Assembly: GCA_041687795.1 (NCBI GenBank)
Contig: JBDNJL010000106.1
Span: 1-54,015 of the forward strand
Direction of reading: 5' to 3'
Source of the DNA: Methylotenera sp.
Lineage (GTDB): Bacteria; Pseudomonadota; Gammaproteobacteria; Burkholderiales; Methylophilaceae
Length of the DNA: 54,015 nucleotides
Position numbers and translations under genes: made by a program. This document shows, one piece after another, positions 51,202 to 54,015 of this stretch (positions within the stretch are counted from its first letter, which is position 1; each line of letters opens with the position of its first letter). Under the pieces are notes generated by a model that was given only the letters and a program-made list of their open reading frames with translations, was not told the DNA's origin and searched no databases.

Positions 51202-51232
51202 AAAGCTTAACGGTTTTTTTATAGACACATTC
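51202..51232 (-). repeat. Dispersed repeat, copy 12 (31 bp)
   Basis: Minus strand GAATGTGTCTATAAAAAAACCGTTAAGCTTT, between DUF779 and ffs. Confidence 0.9.
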
Positions 51233-51249
51233 TTAATATTAGCATTATC

Positions 51250-51633
51250 TTAATAACCAACACGCACCACATCAGGTAAGCTTGCAAGCTCTTCATCGCT
51301 GTACAAACGGCCGCGTGTAATAAAGGCAAAGCCAGTGCCGCAATCTAAAGAAAAAGAACCGCTAGAGCCAGGTTCAGCATCTAAGATTGTATGCATGTTT
51401 TCTGCAAAGCTAAAGTGGCTATCGCCCATGTAAAAAGTCGCATTATTTTCTGTACCTAAAGTACCAAGCATCACATCTGCGGCGCTGCCTTTAAACTCAT
51501 TTGCAGGCATACATAGTGGGCCGCTACCTTCACAGCATCCACCAGATTGTAAAAACGCTATTGGGCCAAATTCGGCGGTTAGTCTATCGATGAGTGCAAT
51601 TGCCGACGGCGTTGCAGAAATACGTTCAGCCAT
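51250..51633 (-). CDS. DUF779 family protein
   Basis: QSGGCCEGSGPLC, GSFSL; typical partner of AldB/ExaC aldehyde dehydrogenases. Confidence 0.88.
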   Translation of the reverse strand: MAERISATPSAIALIDRLTAEFGPIAFLQSGGCCEGSGPLCMPANEFKGSAADVMLGTLGTENNATFYMGDSHFSFAENMHTILDAEPGSSGSFSLDCGTGFAFITRGRLYSDEELASLPDVVRVGY

Positions 51634-51676
51634 ATTGATGCCCCAAACATTTATATTTAAAAAAGCTTATTCAAAT

Positions 51677-51703
51677 AAAAAGGGGCAAGTTAACTCGCCC
51701 CTT
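51677..51703 (-). terminator. Intrinsic terminator after the aldehyde dehydrogenase gene
   Basis: Minus strand AAGGGGCGAGT-TA-ACTTGCCCCTTTTT. Confidence 0.8.
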
Positions 51704-51747
51704 GATATTACTATTCACTTAAGATTAAGCGATTTAACATCTAGCGA

Positions 51748-53268
51748 TTAGAAGAAGCCCAATTTATTAGGATTGTAGCTTACAAGCAAGTTTTTAGTTT
51801 GCTGGTAATGGTCTAACATCATTTTGTGATTTTCACGACCAATGCCAGACTCTTTATAACCACCAAATGCCGCATGAGCAGGGTAGGCATGGTAACAGTT
51901 AGTCCATACACGGCCAGCTTTTATACCACGACCCATACGGTAAGCAGTTGTACCATTGCGCGTCCAAACACCAGCGCCTAGACCGAAGATGGTGTCATTG
52001 GCAATCGCTAAAGCATCAGCTTCATCTTTAAAAGTAGTTACAGCAAGCACGGGGCCAAAAATTTCTTCTTGGAATACGCGCATCTTGTTGTGACCTTTTA
52101 ATAAAGTCGGTTGCACATAATAGCCTTCAGCCAAATCGCCACCAAGTACGTTACGGTTACCACCAATCAATACTTCAGCGCCTTCCTGTTTACCAATATC
52201 AATATAACTCATGATTTTGTTCAATTGGTCTTGTGAAGCCTGCGCGCCTAACATGGTGTTTGGGTCTAGCGGATTGCCTTGTTTAATGGCTTTCACACGC
52301 TCTAAAACACGTTCCATAAATTTATCGTAGATAGATTCTTGAATAATTGCGCGTGATGGGCATGTACATACCTCACCCTGGTTAAATGCAAATAACACCA
52401 AGCCCTCAATTGCTTTATCGAAGAACGCGTCATCTTCATCCATAATGTCTGCAAAGAAAATATTAGGCGATTTACCACCTAGTTCTAATGTTGCAGGAAT
52501 TAAATTACTTGCAGCCGCCTGTGCAATCACACGGCCTGTAGCCGTTGATCCTGTAAAGCCGATTTTAGCGATACGTTTGCTGTTTGCAAGTGGTGCGCCC
52601 ACTTCACGGCCGTAACCGTTTACGATATTGATTGTGCCTGGTGGGAGCAAGTCTGCAATAACTTCCATCATAATTAAAATACTAATAGGCGTGAATTCTG
52701 CTGGTTTCAACACTACACAATTACCAGCAGCCAATGCTGGCGCTAGTTTCCAAGCTGCCATCAAAATTGGGAAGTTCCATGGAATGATTTGACCAATAAC
52801 GCCCAGCGGCTCGTGAAAGTGATAAGCAATTGTGTCGTTGTCAATTTCGCTTAGTGAACCTTCTTGCGCGCGAATTGCACCTGCAAAATAGCGAAAATGA
52901 TCTACCGTCAGAGGAATATCCGCGTTCATCGTTTCGCGAATTGGCTTACCGTTATCCACAGTATCTGCCATAGCAATGAGCGCTAAGTTAGCTTCAATAC
53001 GATCAGCAATTTTAAGTAAGACGTTTGAACGCTCAGTCGTCGAAGTTTTACCCCAAGCGTCAGCGGCATTATTTGCCGCATCTAATGCTAGTTCAACGTC
53101 TTCTGCACTTGAGCGTGCGGCTTTCGTATATGGTTTACCCGTAATTGGTGAAATAACATCAAAATATTCACCTTTAACTGGCGCAACCCATTTGCCGCCA
53201 ATAAAGTTATCGTACTTTGCTTTATATGGAATGGTTACGCCCATGCCTTTTAATATATCTAAACTCAT
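51748..53268 (-). CDS. NAD(P)-dependent aldehyde dehydrogenase (AldB/ExaC/AcoD type)
   Basis: [41 protein letters not shown]. Confidence 0.93.
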   Translation of the reverse strand: MSLDILKGMGVTIPYKAKYDNFIGGKWVAPVKGEYFDVISPITGKPYTKAARSSAEDVELALDAANNAADAWGKTSTTERSNVLLKIADRIEANLALIAMADTVDNGKPIRETMNADIPLTVDHFRYFAGAIRAQEGSLSEIDNDTIAYHFHEPLGVIGQIIPWNFPILMAAWKLAPALAAGNCVVLKPAEFTPISILIMMEVIADLLPPGTINIVNGYGREVGAPLANSKRIAKIGFTGSTATGRVIAQAAASNLIPATLELGGKSPNIFFADIMDEDDAFFDKAIEGLVLFAFNQGEVCTCPSRAIIQESIYDKFMERVLERVKAIKQGNPLDPNTMLGAQASQDQLNKIMSYIDIGKQEGAEVLIGGNRNVLGGDLAEGYYVQPTLLKGHNKMRVFQEEIFGPVLAVTTFKDEADALAIANDTIFGLGAGVWTRNGTTAYRMGRGIKAGRVWTNCYHAYPAHAAFGGYKESGIGRENHKMMLDHYQQTKNLLVSYNPNKLGFF

Positions 53269-53535
53269 GCTAACTCCTCTAGTTTTTCTATTGTTAATAT
53301 AGTATTTCTAACCTCTGAAACGCATTTTTTGACCAATAAAACTATATTCTTTTATTCAGATAAAATTTATTCAACCCTTGTAGCGACAAGCCTATTAGGT
53401 AAGATTGCTCTTAATTTAGAGTGTTTTTATTTATCATAAATAATAAAACTACAATAAACCTTAGTACATTTTAAATCAAGCTTAAAACGGTAGCAATTTT
53501 ACAGATTAACTACACTTTTAGGGATTTGCAGTAAA

Positions 53536-53566
53536 TAAACTTAACGGTTTTTTTACAGACACATTT
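53536..53566 (-). repeat. Dispersed repeat, copy 13 (31 bp)
   Basis: Minus strand AAATGTGTCTGTAAAAAAACCGTTAAGTTTA. Confidence 0.93.
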
Positions 53567-53620
53567 TTACTATTCTATTAAATAGATAACTTACATATAG
53601 GTAAAGTTTAAATTATTTGC

Positions 53621-54015
53621 CTAATGCAAATCGCTTACTTGATCTAACACCACTGCAAACATATCGCGAGTGGAGGCAAGCGCGCCATCTTGTACTTCAT
53701 TTGCGCTTAATACTTTACCGTTAGCGCTTAATAAGGGCCGTGTTGCAGTTGCAATGACTATAGGAGCGTAACCTAAATTAAAACCTCCATGTGCGGAAGA
53801 GTTAACGCACATGTGTGTCATAAAACCAGCCAGCACTATATTTTTTAGCCCTAAAGCTTTAAGTTCATCATCTAAAGCTGTTTGCACAAATGCATCTGGG
53901 TAGTTTTTAACAATCACTTTTTCTCCAGCAATCGGCGCAACCTCTTTCGAAATCGCGCCAATTTCTGCCGTAATGTCATAAGGTGAGCCAACACCTGCGT
54001 CATGTTGAATATGTA
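53621..54015 (-). CDS. Isochorismatase-family cysteine hydrolase, 5' end outside the window
   Basis: Frame open to the window edge: HIQHDAG...VIVKNYPDAF...GFMTHMCV. Confidence 0.85.
   Translation of the reverse strand, partial: HIQHDAGVGSPYDITAEIGAISKEVAPIAGEKVIVKNYPDAFVQTALDDELKALGLKNIVLAGFMTHMCVNSSAHGGFNLGYAPIVIATATRPLLSANGKVLSANEVQDGALASTRDMFAVVLDQVSDLH

Noticed and set aside
1020-53302. The many 60-150 aa ORFs overlapping larger genes (e.g. 1701-2090, 9295-9681, 30387-30695, 45647-46105, 52976-53302)
   Set aside because: Antisense or alternate-frame shadows of well-supported genes, with no motifs or evident SD support.
53321-53335. sigma54 promoter upstream of the aldehyde dehydrogenase (TGGTCAAAAAATGCG)
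   Set aside because: Spacing is GG-N9-GC, not the required N10.
2266-53566. The 30-bp repeat as a CRISPR direct repeat
   Set aside because: Copies are kilobases apart, on both strands, separated by core genes; there is no repeat-spacer array and no cas gene.
2266-53566. The repeat as ends of an intact IS or composite transposon
   Set aside because: No transposase in the window, no evident target-site duplications, and inward-facing pairs would enclose essential genes. A historical mobile origin is not excluded.

Overview
AT-rich core-chromosome window from a methylotrophic betaproteobacterium; gene content suggests Methylophilaceae (Methylotenera-like), which is an inference. In order it carries: fhcA (partial) and fhcB; ndk-rlmN-pilW-rodZ-ispG-hisS-[SIMPL, two orphan ABC ATPases]-yfgM-bamB-der; bamD/rluD-pgeF; a ZIP transporter; rimO; a PAS-PAS-GGDEF-EAL gene; a TetR-controlled RND pump; a PilZ-motif protein; gltX; hfq-hflXKC-hisZ-purA; four H4MPT/methanofuran-type cofactor genes; ompA; mtaD-ubiG-gph; recR-ybaB-dnaX; SRP RNA; DUF779 and an aldehyde dehydrogenase; and a partial isochorismatase-family gene. 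I found no transposase, integrase, cas gene, tRNA or rRNA. The main unexplained signal is a non-palindromic 30-bp dispersed repeat, consensus AAATGTGTCTGTAAAAAACNGTTAAGTTTT, found 13 times (about 1 per 4 kb) on both strands. Eleven copies are intergenic and two lie in frame inside proteins, with the same stop-removing substitution. Many copies are followed 30-32 bp later by an echo of the GTTAAGTTT half. Its layout resembles a DNA uptake sequence or a chromosome-wide protein-binding site, but its function cannot be determined from this window.
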